From a virus (Duplodnaviria; Caudoviricetes): a DNA stretch of 54,723 bases. The stretch spans positions 1-54,723 of IMG/VR virus record IMGVR_UViG_3300047288_000037; one strand, 5' to 3'. The notes beneath the pieces were generated by a model. The model saw only the letters and a list, made by a program, of their open reading frames with translations. It was not told the origin of the DNA and did not search any database. Positions 25,746-34,140 of the stretch are shown here, in pieces. Every line of letters starts with the position of its first letter. Positions within the stretch are counted from its first letter, which is position 1. Made by a program: the position numbers and the translations under genes.

Positions 25746-26731
25746 TGCGAGCCACATTACTCAAAGACACACTCAAAGCACTCTTTCCACTGCAACGTAC
25801 AGTATGTATCGAGGGTAGTCCCGGTGGTGGTAAGACTACGATGGTGCATGAGATTGGTGAGGAACTGCAAGTACCAGTAGTTGAGCGTCATATGCCAACC
25901 ATGCTAGTCGAGGACTTCGGTATTATGTTCCCACATGGTGAAGATGGTTTGATGTACCGCATACCTGACTGGTTTCCAGTTAAAGGCAAAGCCCCTGAAC
26001 GTGGCATCTTGTTGTTCGATGACCGCAACCAAGCTAACCCTGACTTGCAGAAAGTACTGGCTAACATCTGCCAAGCACGAACACTGCATGGTGTACCAAT
26101 GCCTGATGGGTGGATGGTAGTTTCGACAGGTAACCGACAGTCTGACAGAGCAGGTGCTAACCGTGTGCTTAGCCATCTGCGTAACCGTGAAACAGTTATC
26201 GAACTTGAAACCCACCTTGATGACTGGACTACATGGGCTATTGACCATGGCGTAAGGCCTGAGGTTGTTAGCTTTATCCGCTTCAGACCAAACCTGTTAC
26301 ATGACTTCGATGCACAGCGTGACCAGAATGCTACACCTCGTAGCTGGGTTGAAGGTGTATCCGATGTACTTGGTACAGTGCCAGCTGAAGCAGAGTATGA
26401 ATGTTTCAAGGGTGCAGTAGGTGAGGGTGCGGCAGCAGAGTTTGTTGGCTTTATGCGTATCTACCGTAAGTTACCGAACCCTGATGCAATCCTGCTTAAC
26501 CCCAAGACAGCAGACGTACCGACTGACCCTGCGACACTGTATGCCTTGAGTGGTGCGTTAGCTGAACGTGCTACTGAGAATAATCTTGACAGAGTGGTAG
26601 AGTATTCTGGAAGAATGCCACCAGAGTTTAGTGTATTAGCCATTAGCTATGCGTGTCGGAAAAATCCTGACTTGTCTAATACACAAGCGTTTACACGTTG
26701 GGCAATGAGCCACCAAGACGTGTTGTTCTAA
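25745..26731 (+). CDS. MoxR/dynein-related AAA+ ATPase
   Basis: Walker A GSPGGGKT, Walker B ILLFDD, sensor-1 STGN, R-finger LRNR, sensor-2 TPRSW. Confidence 0.9.
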   Translation: MRATLLKDTLKALFPLQRTVCIEGSPGGGKTTMVHEIGEELQVPVVERHMPTMLVEDFGIMFPHGEDGLMYRIPDWFPVKGKAPERGILLFDDRNQANPDLQKVLANICQARTLHGVPMPDGWMVVSTGNRQSDRAGANRVLSHLRNRETVIELETHLDDWTTWAIDHGVRPEVVSFIRFRPNLLHDFDAQRDQNATPRSWVEGVSDVLGTVPAEAEYECFKGAVGEGAAAEFVGFMRIYRKLPNPDAILLNPKTADVPTDPATLYALSGALAERATENNLDRVVEYSGRMPPEFSVLAISYACRKNPDLSNTQAFTRWAMSHQDVLF

Positions 26732-26735
26732 GGGG

Positions 26736-26764
26736 TTGTAATAGTTTAGACTAGCCTATACACT
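26736..26764 (+). promoter_or_regulatory. Putative sigma70 promoter for HNH5
   Basis: TTGTAA-N17-TACACT, then AGGAGG SD and ATG 26788. Confidence 0.5.
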
Positions 26765-26787
26765 TACAAATTTTAGGAGGAGATATT

Positions 26788-27339
26788 ATGAAATATAAAA
26801 AACGTGAGTTTCATGGGCTGTCTAAACACCCACTATACAATATCTGGGCAAGTATAAAACAAAGGTGTACTAACCCAAAAAGTGCAGGGTATAAGTTATA
26901 TGGGGCACGAGGTATAACTATGCAGCCTGAGTGGGTTACGTCATTTGCTACGTTCTTAGAAGATGTTGGGGAACGACCTCACGGAAGTTCTATTGACCGC
27001 ATAGATAACAATAAAGGGTATGTTCGTGGAAACATTAGATGGGCTACACCTCAAGAGCAGTCTAATAATACCCGAACTAATAGGTATGTAACTGTTGATG
27101 GTGTAACAAAAACGCTTGCACAATGGGCAAGAGAATTAAACATTTCATATCGATTACTACGCAGTAGGTTAGACCGTGGGGTAACACCGCCAGAATTATT
27201 TCAGGTGAAAGCAATGCCAACAAAGACAGCTACATTTTATGTAGAAGTAAACGGGCAGCTAATGACTATAAAAGAAGCCGTATTACACACTGGACTTAGT
27301 AGGTCTACTTTATATTACAGATACCGAAAGGAAAAATAA
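26788..27339 (+). mobile_element. HNH homing endonuclease 5
   Basis: HGLSKHPLY.IW..IKQRC, YGARGI and SIDRIDNNKGY..GNIRWAT..EQ.NN motifs. Confidence 0.9.
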
Positions 27340-27341
27340 TT

Positions 27342-28190
27342 ATGCAATTATCAGATAGAGCATTACTTGTGCAGTTATCCGTTAGTCAGTGGACTGCACG
27401 TAAGTATGACAAGAAAGTAACCCAAGAAGTAGCTAGTGCCAATGGCGTAGCCAGTGGTGTAGGCAGATACAACAAGTCGCTGTTACCCATGAACGATATG
27501 CTGGATAACGTGCATAAAAAAACAACCCACATTCGTACCAAGTTCTATGAGAATACCCTGCCGTGGGGGATTGAAGGCACGATGATGCTACCGACTGCTA
27601 ACTATCTGCGCTTTATGACTGAGTTCCGCAAGGAAAAATCCGAGTGGGAGTTACTTGTGAACCGCTTTATCTGGGACTATCCCAAACTGAAAGCTGATGC
27701 ACAGCGCATACTTGGTAGCTTGTACAACGAAGCAGACTACCCGACAGTTGATGACCTCAAGACCAAGTTTAAAATGGACATGGCTATATTCCCTGTACCT
27801 GCAACAGACTTCCGTGTGCAGATTGCAAGTGATGAACTGACACGTATCCAGCAAGATGTTGAGGCACGTGTTAAGTCTGCCCAGTCTACTGCTATGAACG
27901 AAGCATGGAACAGACTGTATGAACGTGTTAAAAACATGGCTGAAAAGCTGGCTGACCCTAGTGCTATCTTCCGTGATAGCTTGGTAGAAAATACCCGTGA
28001 GTTATGTGCACTGTTACCACGACTGAACTTTGCAGATGACCCACACTTGGAACAGATGCGGCAAGATGTTGAGGCTTCACTACTCAAACACCCTGAAGCG
28101 TTACGTAATGACCTCGACTTGCGCCGTGATACAGCTGATGAAGCTAAGGCTATCATGGACAAGATGAAATCTTTTATGGGAGTAGCATGA
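27342..28190 (+). CDS. DUF3150-like helical protein associated with the AAA/vWA module
   Basis: 282 aa; LVQLSVSQWTARKYD, YENTLPW and LPRLNF..DP motifs. The family name is from recall. Confidence 0.6.
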   Translation: MQLSDRALLVQLSVSQWTARKYDKKVTQEVASANGVASGVGRYNKSLLPMNDMLDNVHKKTTHIRTKFYENTLPWGIEGTMMLPTANYLRFMTEFRKEKSEWELLVNRFIWDYPKLKADAQRILGSLYNEADYPTVDDLKTKFKMDMAIFPVPATDFRVQIASDELTRIQQDVEARVKSAQSTAMNEAWNRLYERVKNMAEKLADPSAIFRDSLVENTRELCALLPRLNFADDPHLEQMRQDVEASLLKHPEALRNDLDLRRDTADEAKAIMDKMKSFMGVA

Positions 28191-28273
28191 TGGAACTGAT
28201 ATTTAATTGGGATTTTATTGCTGGTTACATTACTGGCATGATTGTTTACTGGTTACTTTGGAGGAAAAAATAA
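28187..28273 (+). CDS. 28-aa single-pass membrane peptide
   Basis: MMELIFNWDFIAGYITGMIVYWLLWRKK; ATGA overlap upstream and TAATG overlap downstream. Confidence 0.6.
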   Translation: MMELIFNWDFIAGYITGMIVYWLLWRKK

Positions 28274-29418
28274 TGACACAAGTTGCACAACAAACTGATG
28301 AACCAAAAGTAATGACGCCTGATGAAGAAGCAAAGCTGGTGCGCCGTATGGCTAAGGCACGTACCTCACTGGTACTTGAACACGCTTTCATTGGTAACAT
28401 TGCACTAAACCTGCCAGTCAAGCTGGACTACACCATAAAGACAGCGTGTACCAACGGCCATGAGATACGCTACAACCCATGGTTTGTGAACGATATGTCT
28501 GATGAAGAAGTGAAGTTCTTGATTGCACACGAGTGCTTTCATCCTATGCTTGAACACCCGACACGTATCAGAGGCCGCGACCACCGTAAGTTTAACCAAG
28601 CTGGCGACTATGTAATCAACCAACTACTGACTGATGAACACATTGGCAAGATGCCTGCTGGTGGCCTGCTTAACAAGTCAATCTATGATGCTGGTGGCGG
28701 TACGACAGACGGTATCTACAACATCTTGCCTGATAATCCTGATGGTGATGACCCACTAGATGATTGCGAAGATAGCGGTGGCACACCAGCCGAACAGCAA
28801 CAGCTTGCCGCAGAGTGGAAAGTTAAGGTAGCCCAAGCAGCACAGGCCGCTAAGATGATGGGTCAGTTGTCAGCTAACATGGCACGACTGGTAGAAGATG
28901 TACTTGCACCGAAGGTAGACTGGCGTGATGTACTGCGTAGGTTCTTATCCAAAGCGCGTAGTGATGAACGCTCATTCGCTAGGTTTAACCGCCGCTTTAT
29001 CTCACAAGGATTGTACTTGCCTAGTGTGAGTGGTGAATCCATGGGTGAGATTGTGTTTGCCGTAGACTGCTCAGGTTCTATTGACCAGCATACCATTAGC
29101 CAGTTTGCCGCAGAGATACAGTCAAGCAAAGATGAATGTAACCCACTAGCAATCCATGTGGTGTATTTCGACAGTGAAGTATCACACTACGATAAGTTTA
29201 CACGTGATGATGAAATCGAAGTCAAGCCACACGGCGGTGGCGGTACAGCATTCAGCCCTATCTTTGCATACTTAGCAGAGCATAATGTAGAGCCAGTCGC
29301 TTGTATCGTACTGACTGACTTGTATTGTAGCGACTTTGGTCCAGAGCCTAGCTATCCAGTGCTATGGGTATCAACCCATGCAGATGAAGCCCCATGGGGT
29401 GAAGTGGTGATGATGTAA
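28273..29418 (+). CDS. DUF2201-type zincin metallopeptidase + vWA domain protein
   Basis: TACTNG, HECFH (HExxH), N.AGDYVIN, MIDAS VDCSGS, GGGGT.F and LTD; GGAGG SD before ATG 28273. Confidence 0.88.
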   Translation: MTQVAQQTDEPKVMTPDEEAKLVRRMAKARTSLVLEHAFIGNIALNLPVKLDYTIKTACTNGHEIRYNPWFVNDMSDEEVKFLIAHECFHPMLEHPTRIRGRDHRKFNQAGDYVINQLLTDEHIGKMPAGGLLNKSIYDAGGGTTDGIYNILPDNPDGDDPLDDCEDSGGTPAEQQQLAAEWKVKVAQAAQAAKMMGQLSANMARLVEDVLAPKVDWRDVLRRFLSKARSDERSFARFNRRFISQGLYLPSVSGESMGEIVFAVDCSGSIDQHTISQFAAEIQSSKDECNPLAIHVVYFDSEVSHYDKFTRDDEIEVKPHGGGGTAFSPIFAYLAEHNVEPVACIVLTDLYCSDFGPEPSYPVLWVSTHADEAPWGEVVMM

Positions 29419-29738
29419 TGGCTACTGATGTTAGTAACAAACTACATAACTGCGCTACTTTAATACAAGTACTGTTACCTAAAGGTTACACGGTAAAAAA
29501 GCCTAGTGTCTACACCATACCAGCCTATATGTATGAGGTTCATTACGAACCTGTTAGAGAAAACAAGGTACAGCGTACAACAATGGCCTTTAGAGTAACC
29601 TGTGAGTGGTCAGTGCTTGACGACAAGATGCACTTCGCAGGTCAACTTATTACAGCAACACCAGAGTGGCATACGTACAACACACTGGAAGAAACTGTAC
29701 GAACTTTATGTGCAATGCACAGAATAGGAGTGATGTGA
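29418..29738 (+). CDS. Hypothetical protein (106 aa)
   Basis: TAATG coupling. Confidence 0.65.
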   Translation: MATDVSNKLHNCATLIQVLLPKGYTVKKPSVYTIPAYMYEVHYEPVRENKVQRTTMAFRVTCEWSVLDDKMHFAGQLITATPEWHTYNTLEETVRTLCAMHRIGVM

Positions 29739-29944
29739 TGGGAGGTATAGAAATTGCGGCAATTATTATCGCCGGTTATGCAGTACTTTTATGGAAGTTA
29801 CATCAAGTAACTCAAGAGTACAAAGAGTTTAAGCGTAACACGATGCGCTTTATAGGCGACATAGCAACCAAACGAGTGGAGGTATCTTTGAATGACGACT
29901 TCAGCCTTAGAATTAGTAACAGAAAGCCTACTGGAGAAGTATAG
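29738..29944 (+). CDS. Small N-anchored membrane protein (68 aa)
   Basis: MGGIEIAAIIIAGYAVLLWK; AGGAG SD; TGATG coupling. Confidence 0.6.
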   Translation: MGGIEIAAIIIAGYAVLLWKLHQVTQEYKEFKRNTMRFIGDIATKRVEVSLNDDFSLRISNRKPTGEV

Positions 29945-30485
29945 GGATTGCAACGTAGACTTCAATGACTGGTGGGATTATGTGTATGAGGGCTTTATTG
30001 ATGATATGAAAGCCATTGGGGTACGTGTAGATAACATTTATTTCAGTGGCTTTTGGTCGCAAGGTGATGGTGCTTGCTTTGAAGGTGCAGTACAGGACAG
30101 GGAACTGTTCATGAAAAACTTTGAAGGCTACCCAATGATACGCAAACTTGTTGTTGATGGTGGGTCGGTGTACCTAAGTGTTGAACACAGCGGACATTAC
30201 TACCACGAGAACTGTACCAGATGGAACTATGAGTGGGAAACGTTTGAGCAAATACTACCAGCACCAACAGAGTTTCATGAAAAAGTAATTGCAATAATGG
30301 ATGAGGAACTAGACACAGAAGCTAGTGCGTTTGAGGAGGAAGCCATAGAGTTTATGAAAGACAAGATGCGTGAACTTTATAGCAGGCTTAGCGATGAGTA
30401 CGACCACTTAACAAGTGATGAAGTAGTAGCAGAAACCATAGTAGCCAATGACTGGCACATTAACGATGATGACAATGAGGAGTAA
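29892..30485 (+). CDS. Acidic protein (IYFSGFWSQGDGACF type)
   Basis: 197 aa, very D/E-rich; GGAGGT SD; motif recalled from phages and mobile elements. Confidence 0.75.
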   Translation: MTTSALELVTESLLEKYRDCNVDFNDWWDYVYEGFIDDMKAIGVRVDNIYFSGFWSQGDGACFEGAVQDRELFMKNFEGYPMIRKLVVDGGSVYLSVEHSGHYYHENCTRWNYEWETFEQILPAPTEFHEKVIAIMDEELDTEASAFEEEAIEFMKDKMRELYSRLSDEYDHLTSDEVVAETIVANDWHINDDDNEE

Positions 30486-30490
30486 TAGAA

Positions 30491-31114
30491 ATGGCAACAG
30501 TAAAATTTTCAAAAGAGTTACAATCAGCTATCGAAGGTAGTGCAAAGAGTATCTTTGCCGCCAAGCTGGAACGGCATAAGCAGAACATCAAAACCGAGTG
30601 GTTTGATACCATCTACAACCGTGTGTTTGCACAGTACATTCCACACATGAACGCATTACCTGATGAGTTCTTTAGTATGCGTAGCAAATTAAACTTGGTA
30701 CGCTTCGGCAGTTCAGATATGCAGATACAGTTCCTGATGCCACGTGAATACAAGTTTCCACATGATTTACCAAAAGGCCTGATGATTAGCCGCAATTCGT
30801 GGAGGGATGAACTGGCTATTGCTGATGACAATCAGTGGGGTGATTTAGCTGGTGAAATCTACGGCTATCAGGCACGTGTAAGACAGATTGAAAATGAGTG
30901 CGCTGAGTTTGTTGAAGCAGTACGTAAGGTAACCACAACATATTCTACGTTAGCACCAGCACTAAAAGCATGGCCTCCATTGTGGGACTTGTTGCCGGAG
31001 GAAGCCAAAGAAAGACACAAGGCAATCACACAACGCACCAAGAATGATGCGACACTCGACATAGACTTGAGTAAATTTACAAGTACTGTAATCGCCCACA
31101 AACTAACCAAGTAG
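30491..31114 (+). CDS. Hypothetical protein, possibly Nmad5-like
   Basis: 207 aa; STLAPALKAWPPLWDLLP C-terminal motif. Confidence 0.6.
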   Translation: MATVKFSKELQSAIEGSAKSIFAAKLERHKQNIKTEWFDTIYNRVFAQYIPHMNALPDEFFSMRSKLNLVRFGSSDMQIQFLMPREYKFPHDLPKGLMISRNSWRDELAIADDNQWGDLAGEIYGYQARVRQIENECAEFVEAVRKVTTTYSTLAPALKAWPPLWDLLPEEAKERHKAITQRTKNDATLDIDLSKFTSTVIAHKLTK

Positions 31115-31124
31115 GAGGTGTGAA

Positions 31125-31289
31125 ATGAACCCATTGGTAACAATCACAAGTTTGTATGGGATAAAACACCCATCAAAGAAAGATGCACAGCGATTGGAAA
31201 AGAAATTGCAGGAGTGCAAGGACAAGTATGGCGACAAGCTGTATCACACAATCACAATCGGTAATGTTAAGGAGGTAAAGAATGATTAA
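31125..31289 (+). CDS. Small hypothetical protein (54 aa)
   Basis: MNPLVTITSLYGIKHP...; AGGAGGTG SD. Confidence 0.65.
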   Translation: MNPLVTITSLYGIKHPSKKDAQRLEKKLQECKDKYGDKLYHTITIGNVKEVKND

Positions 31290-32079
31290 GTCATACCACG
31301 AAGCACTGACAGTATTCAACACGGCACGAAACCCTGACAAGGGTAAGCCGATTACTAACTGGGCACGTATGTATAAACTCGCTGATGGTTCTTTACTGGT
31401 TCGTGTGTACGAACTGGATATGTTTAAGTACAACCCTGACAACACGTTTGAATTTGTTTGTGATAGACCTGCGGTAAGACGTAATGCGGTTACTTTATCT
31501 CAAGCATTGCATAGACACCTTCCATTTAACTGGATGCGTAAATCCACAGGTGTGTACACAGTACAGCACATCAATGAGAACACATACCGTGGCCCGTGGC
31601 GCGAGATTGATACCAAGCTAAAGGCTATCCCTAAGCAGGAAGTATTTCAAGGCCTGAAGTTTAATCTGACTACTGGCGAGTGCCTCAATCCTAAAGTACC
31701 AGAGATTGAAACGGTTATCCCTGAGAAGCGTAAGGTATGGCTACGCAAAATCAAAGCATTCAACAAGGCACTACAAGTACGTGCCAAGATAGGTGTGCTT
31801 GATAGGATTGTTGAGGAAGTACAGGCAGAGCGGCAAGCTACACCTAGACAGTGGCAACAACCTGACTGGGCTTCTGATGAATGGCTTGATACATGGGCTA
31901 AAGTTATCGACACAGGCGACATACCAGTATCATTCCTAAAAGGTATCGCTCAATCCACCCGTTATGGCTGGCGCAACCGAACTACACAGCAACAAGTTAA
32001 GGAAACCATGGATACAGCCAAGCAATTACAGCGTACATACAGCCGTGAATTGCGTAGACGCTTTGGAGTATTTGAATGA
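31282..32079 (+). CDS. Hypothetical protein (265 aa)
   Basis: AAGGAGGT SD; long ORF in the early operon. Confidence 0.8.
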   Translation: MIKSYHEALTVFNTARNPDKGKPITNWARMYKLADGSLLVRVYELDMFKYNPDNTFEFVCDRPAVRRNAVTLSQALHRHLPFNWMRKSTGVYTVQHINENTYRGPWREIDTKLKAIPKQEVFQGLKFNLTTGECLNPKVPEIETVIPEKRKVWLRKIKAFNKALQVRAKIGVLDRIVEEVQAERQATPRQWQQPDWASDEWLDTWAKVIDTGDIPVSFLKGIAQSTRYGWRNRTTQQQVKETMDTAKQLQRTYSRELRRRFGVFE

Positions 32080-32363
32080 TAGACTACACAACTGCGATGC
32101 GTATTCGTGCCAAGCTAGAGGCAGGTCAACGCCCGAAAGTTATAGCTATTGATGAAGGCGTTGGCCTTAACACGGTGTATGGTATTAGGAACGGCACGTT
32201 GTTTAAGAAAGACGTAGTAAAAGAGCGCGAGATTGAGCGTATCCGCCGTGTAACTAAAGCCCTAGAAGATAATCCGAACGCGCCACTACGACAGTTAGTG
32301 AGGGCAAGTAGGGTTTCTTTTGGGAATATGAAAAGGATTATGAATGAGTACAGAAAACGATGA
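32076..32363 (+). CDS. HTH DNA-binding protein
   Basis: KVIAIDEGVGLNTVYGIR plus a second HTH-like segment LRQLVRASRVSFGNM. Confidence 0.65.
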   Translation: MIDYTTAMRIRAKLEAGQRPKVIAIDEGVGLNTVYGIRNGTLFKKDVVKEREIERIRRVTKALEDNPNAPLRQLVRASRVSFGNMKRIMNEYRKR

Positions 32364-32574
32364 CTGGAATGAAGAACGTATGGATGTTATAGGTTCTAAC
32401 GGCAATGATGGGTTACACTACCGTAACGGGTGGTTCAAACATGATGGCAGTGCTACTTGCCCAGTGCCAGTAGACACGATGGTAACCATTGAAACGTGGA
32501 CACCAGACAACCCGATGAAGAAAGCCAGTGATGTGAACTGGTCATGTGTAAAGTTCTACCGAGTGGAGGTGTAG
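32344..32574 (+). CDS. Hypothetical protein (76 aa)
   Basis: RMDVIGSNGNDGLHY motif fused to a W..HDG..CPV domain. Confidence 0.65.
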   Translation: MSTENDDWNEERMDVIGSNGNDGLHYRNGWFKHDGSATCPVPVDTMVTIETWTPDNPMKKASDVNWSCVKFYRVEV

Positions 32575-32575
32575 C

Positions 32576-32749
32576 ATGGAGTTCAGCATGGTAGTAGAGC
32601 AACTGTTAGTAGCCGCAGATAAACTCAAGGAAGAAAAAGAAAGGTTAAATAAACACCGAGCAATGCAAAACGCTCAGAAGAAAAACGCATACAATAAGCA
32701 ACGCAAGAAACCTAATGTTGATATTGATGACGAGGAAGATGATGAGTGA
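32576..32749 (+). CDS. Small charged protein (57 aa)
   Basis: MEFSMVVEQLL...DIDDEEDDE; GGAGGTG SD. Confidence 0.6.
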   Translation: MEFSMVVEQLLVAADKLKEEKERLNKHRAMQNAQKKNAYNKQRKKPNVDIDDEEDDE

Positions 32750-32948
32750 TGAAGCAGACTTGACGCAAGAGCGTGAGGAACGAGAAGCTGAACTTAGACG
32801 GAAGTTTATTACTACACCAGTGCGTGAAGCAGAGCCGTGTGGTGTTTGCCTTAACTGTGGGGAGGAGTTCCCAGAGGGTAGTGATAAGCGATGGTGTGAT
32901 GAACACTGTGCGATTGACTGGACAAAACGACAACAAAGGAGAAAGTAA
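32742..32948 (+). CDS. TraR/DksA-like C4 zinc-finger protein
   Basis: MSDEAD acidic N-terminus, helix, CLNC...WCDEHC; GAGGA SD. Confidence 0.75.
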   Translation: MSDEADLTQEREEREAELRRKFITTPVREAEPCGVCLNCGEEFPEGSDKRWCDEHCAIDWTKRQQRRK

Positions 32949-33196
32949 TGGCTGCTAAAGATATACAAATTGATGGTTCACACTACCATGAACTAGGTCT
33001 ACAACCTTGGACTGCGATGGAGGCATGGGGTACTGCCGAAGAACTGCGCGGATACCACAAGTTTACTGCACTTGCGTACCTAGCACGTGAGCATTTGAAG
33101 GGCGGTAACGCTGACATTCGCAAGGCACATCATCATCTGACTAGACTGGTGGAAATCCTAGACGAGATTGAAGCAGAGGAGGAAGTGTCTTTATGA
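32948..33196 (+). CDS. DUF3310 (T7 gp1.7/SaV-like) domain protein
   Basis: QIDGSHY...QPW, YLAR...KGG.ADIRKA.HHL. Confidence 0.75.
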   Translation: MAAKDIQIDGSHYHELGLQPWTAMEAWGTAEELRGYHKFTALAYLAREHLKGGNADIRKAHHHLTRLVEILDEIEAEEEVSL

Positions 33197-33576
33197 CAGC
33201 ATCGGAAACCAAAGAGTATATGTTAGACGTATTGCGCCATCGCAGGATGACACTCGCAGAAATAAAGCAAACATTTGGGTTGCGTAAGAGCCAAGCACTA
33301 AACTACCTGACTTCATTACGCACGTTTAATCTTGTACTGCATGACAAAGCAAGCAGGACATACACCGCAGTACCCAATGCTGGCAGTTACGCTAAAGCAT
33401 ACCGCAAAGCAAAGCAGGAGGGGGTTGAACGTGCGATAGCAGGGCAAAAACCACCAGAGGAGAAGCACCCACTGGCAACAACAGTTGTATCAGCTAATGA
33501 CTATCACACCACAAGAAGTATGGGCAGACGCAGGTCTGCGTGGGTTGGTTCAACACTAAGTACGGCTGACTTCTAG
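33193..33576 (+). CDS. Putative winged-helix DNA-binding protein
   Basis: MTLAEIKQTFGLRKSQALNYLTSL followed by a beta wing. Confidence 0.6.
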   Translation: MTASETKEYMLDVLRHRRMTLAEIKQTFGLRKSQALNYLTSLRTFNLVLHDKASRTYTAVPNAGSYAKAYRKAKQEGVERAIAGQKPPEEKHPLATTVVSANDYHTTRSMGRRRSAWVGSTLSTADF

Positions 33577-33597
33577 GAGGGAATAGATAATGAGTAG

Positions 33598-33627
33598 TTG
33601 ACTATTGTTATGTAAACGTATTACTAT
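33598..33627 (+). promoter_or_regulatory. Sigma70 promoter giving a leaderless HNH6 (+ polymerase) mRNA
   Basis: TTGACT-N18-TACTAT-N6-ATG 33634. Confidence 0.7.
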
Positions 33628-33633
33628 CTACAT

Positions 33634-34140
33634 ATGAGTAGAAAAAACACACCCGAAAGTTTTTGGCAAAGGGTAGCCAAATCAGATGTAGATAGTTGCT
33701 GGGAATGGCAAGGGTCATGCACTAGCAGTGGATACGGTAGTGTAGCTTGGCATGGTAAGGTTGTTCAAGCACATAGGGTAGCTTATTACTTAGCCATCGG
33801 TGGTATCCGATTACATACCGAGTTTAGGTTAGAAGGTAGAGCAAAGAAATATAAACGGTTCGTACTACATAAGTGCGATAACCGTAAATGCTGTAATCCA
33901 TCGCATTTATTTCTGGGTTCTATGCGTACTAATCTACTAGATGCGTATACCAAAAAACGTAAGTACCAACCACGTAGCACCCATGTTAATGCGAAGTTAT
34001 CTGCACAACAAGTGCGTGATATACGATTCGCATATGATACAGGTGCTATGACACAAGTACCTTTAGCAAAGATGTACGGTGTAAGTCAGAGAGTAATTAG
34101 CCTAATTGTTAGACGGGAATCATATAAGGACATAGAATGA
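33634..34140 (+). mobile_element. HNH homing endonuclease 6
   Basis: CWEWQG, AHRVAY, VLHKCDNRKCCNPSHLFLG and a C-terminal HTH. Confidence 0.9.
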
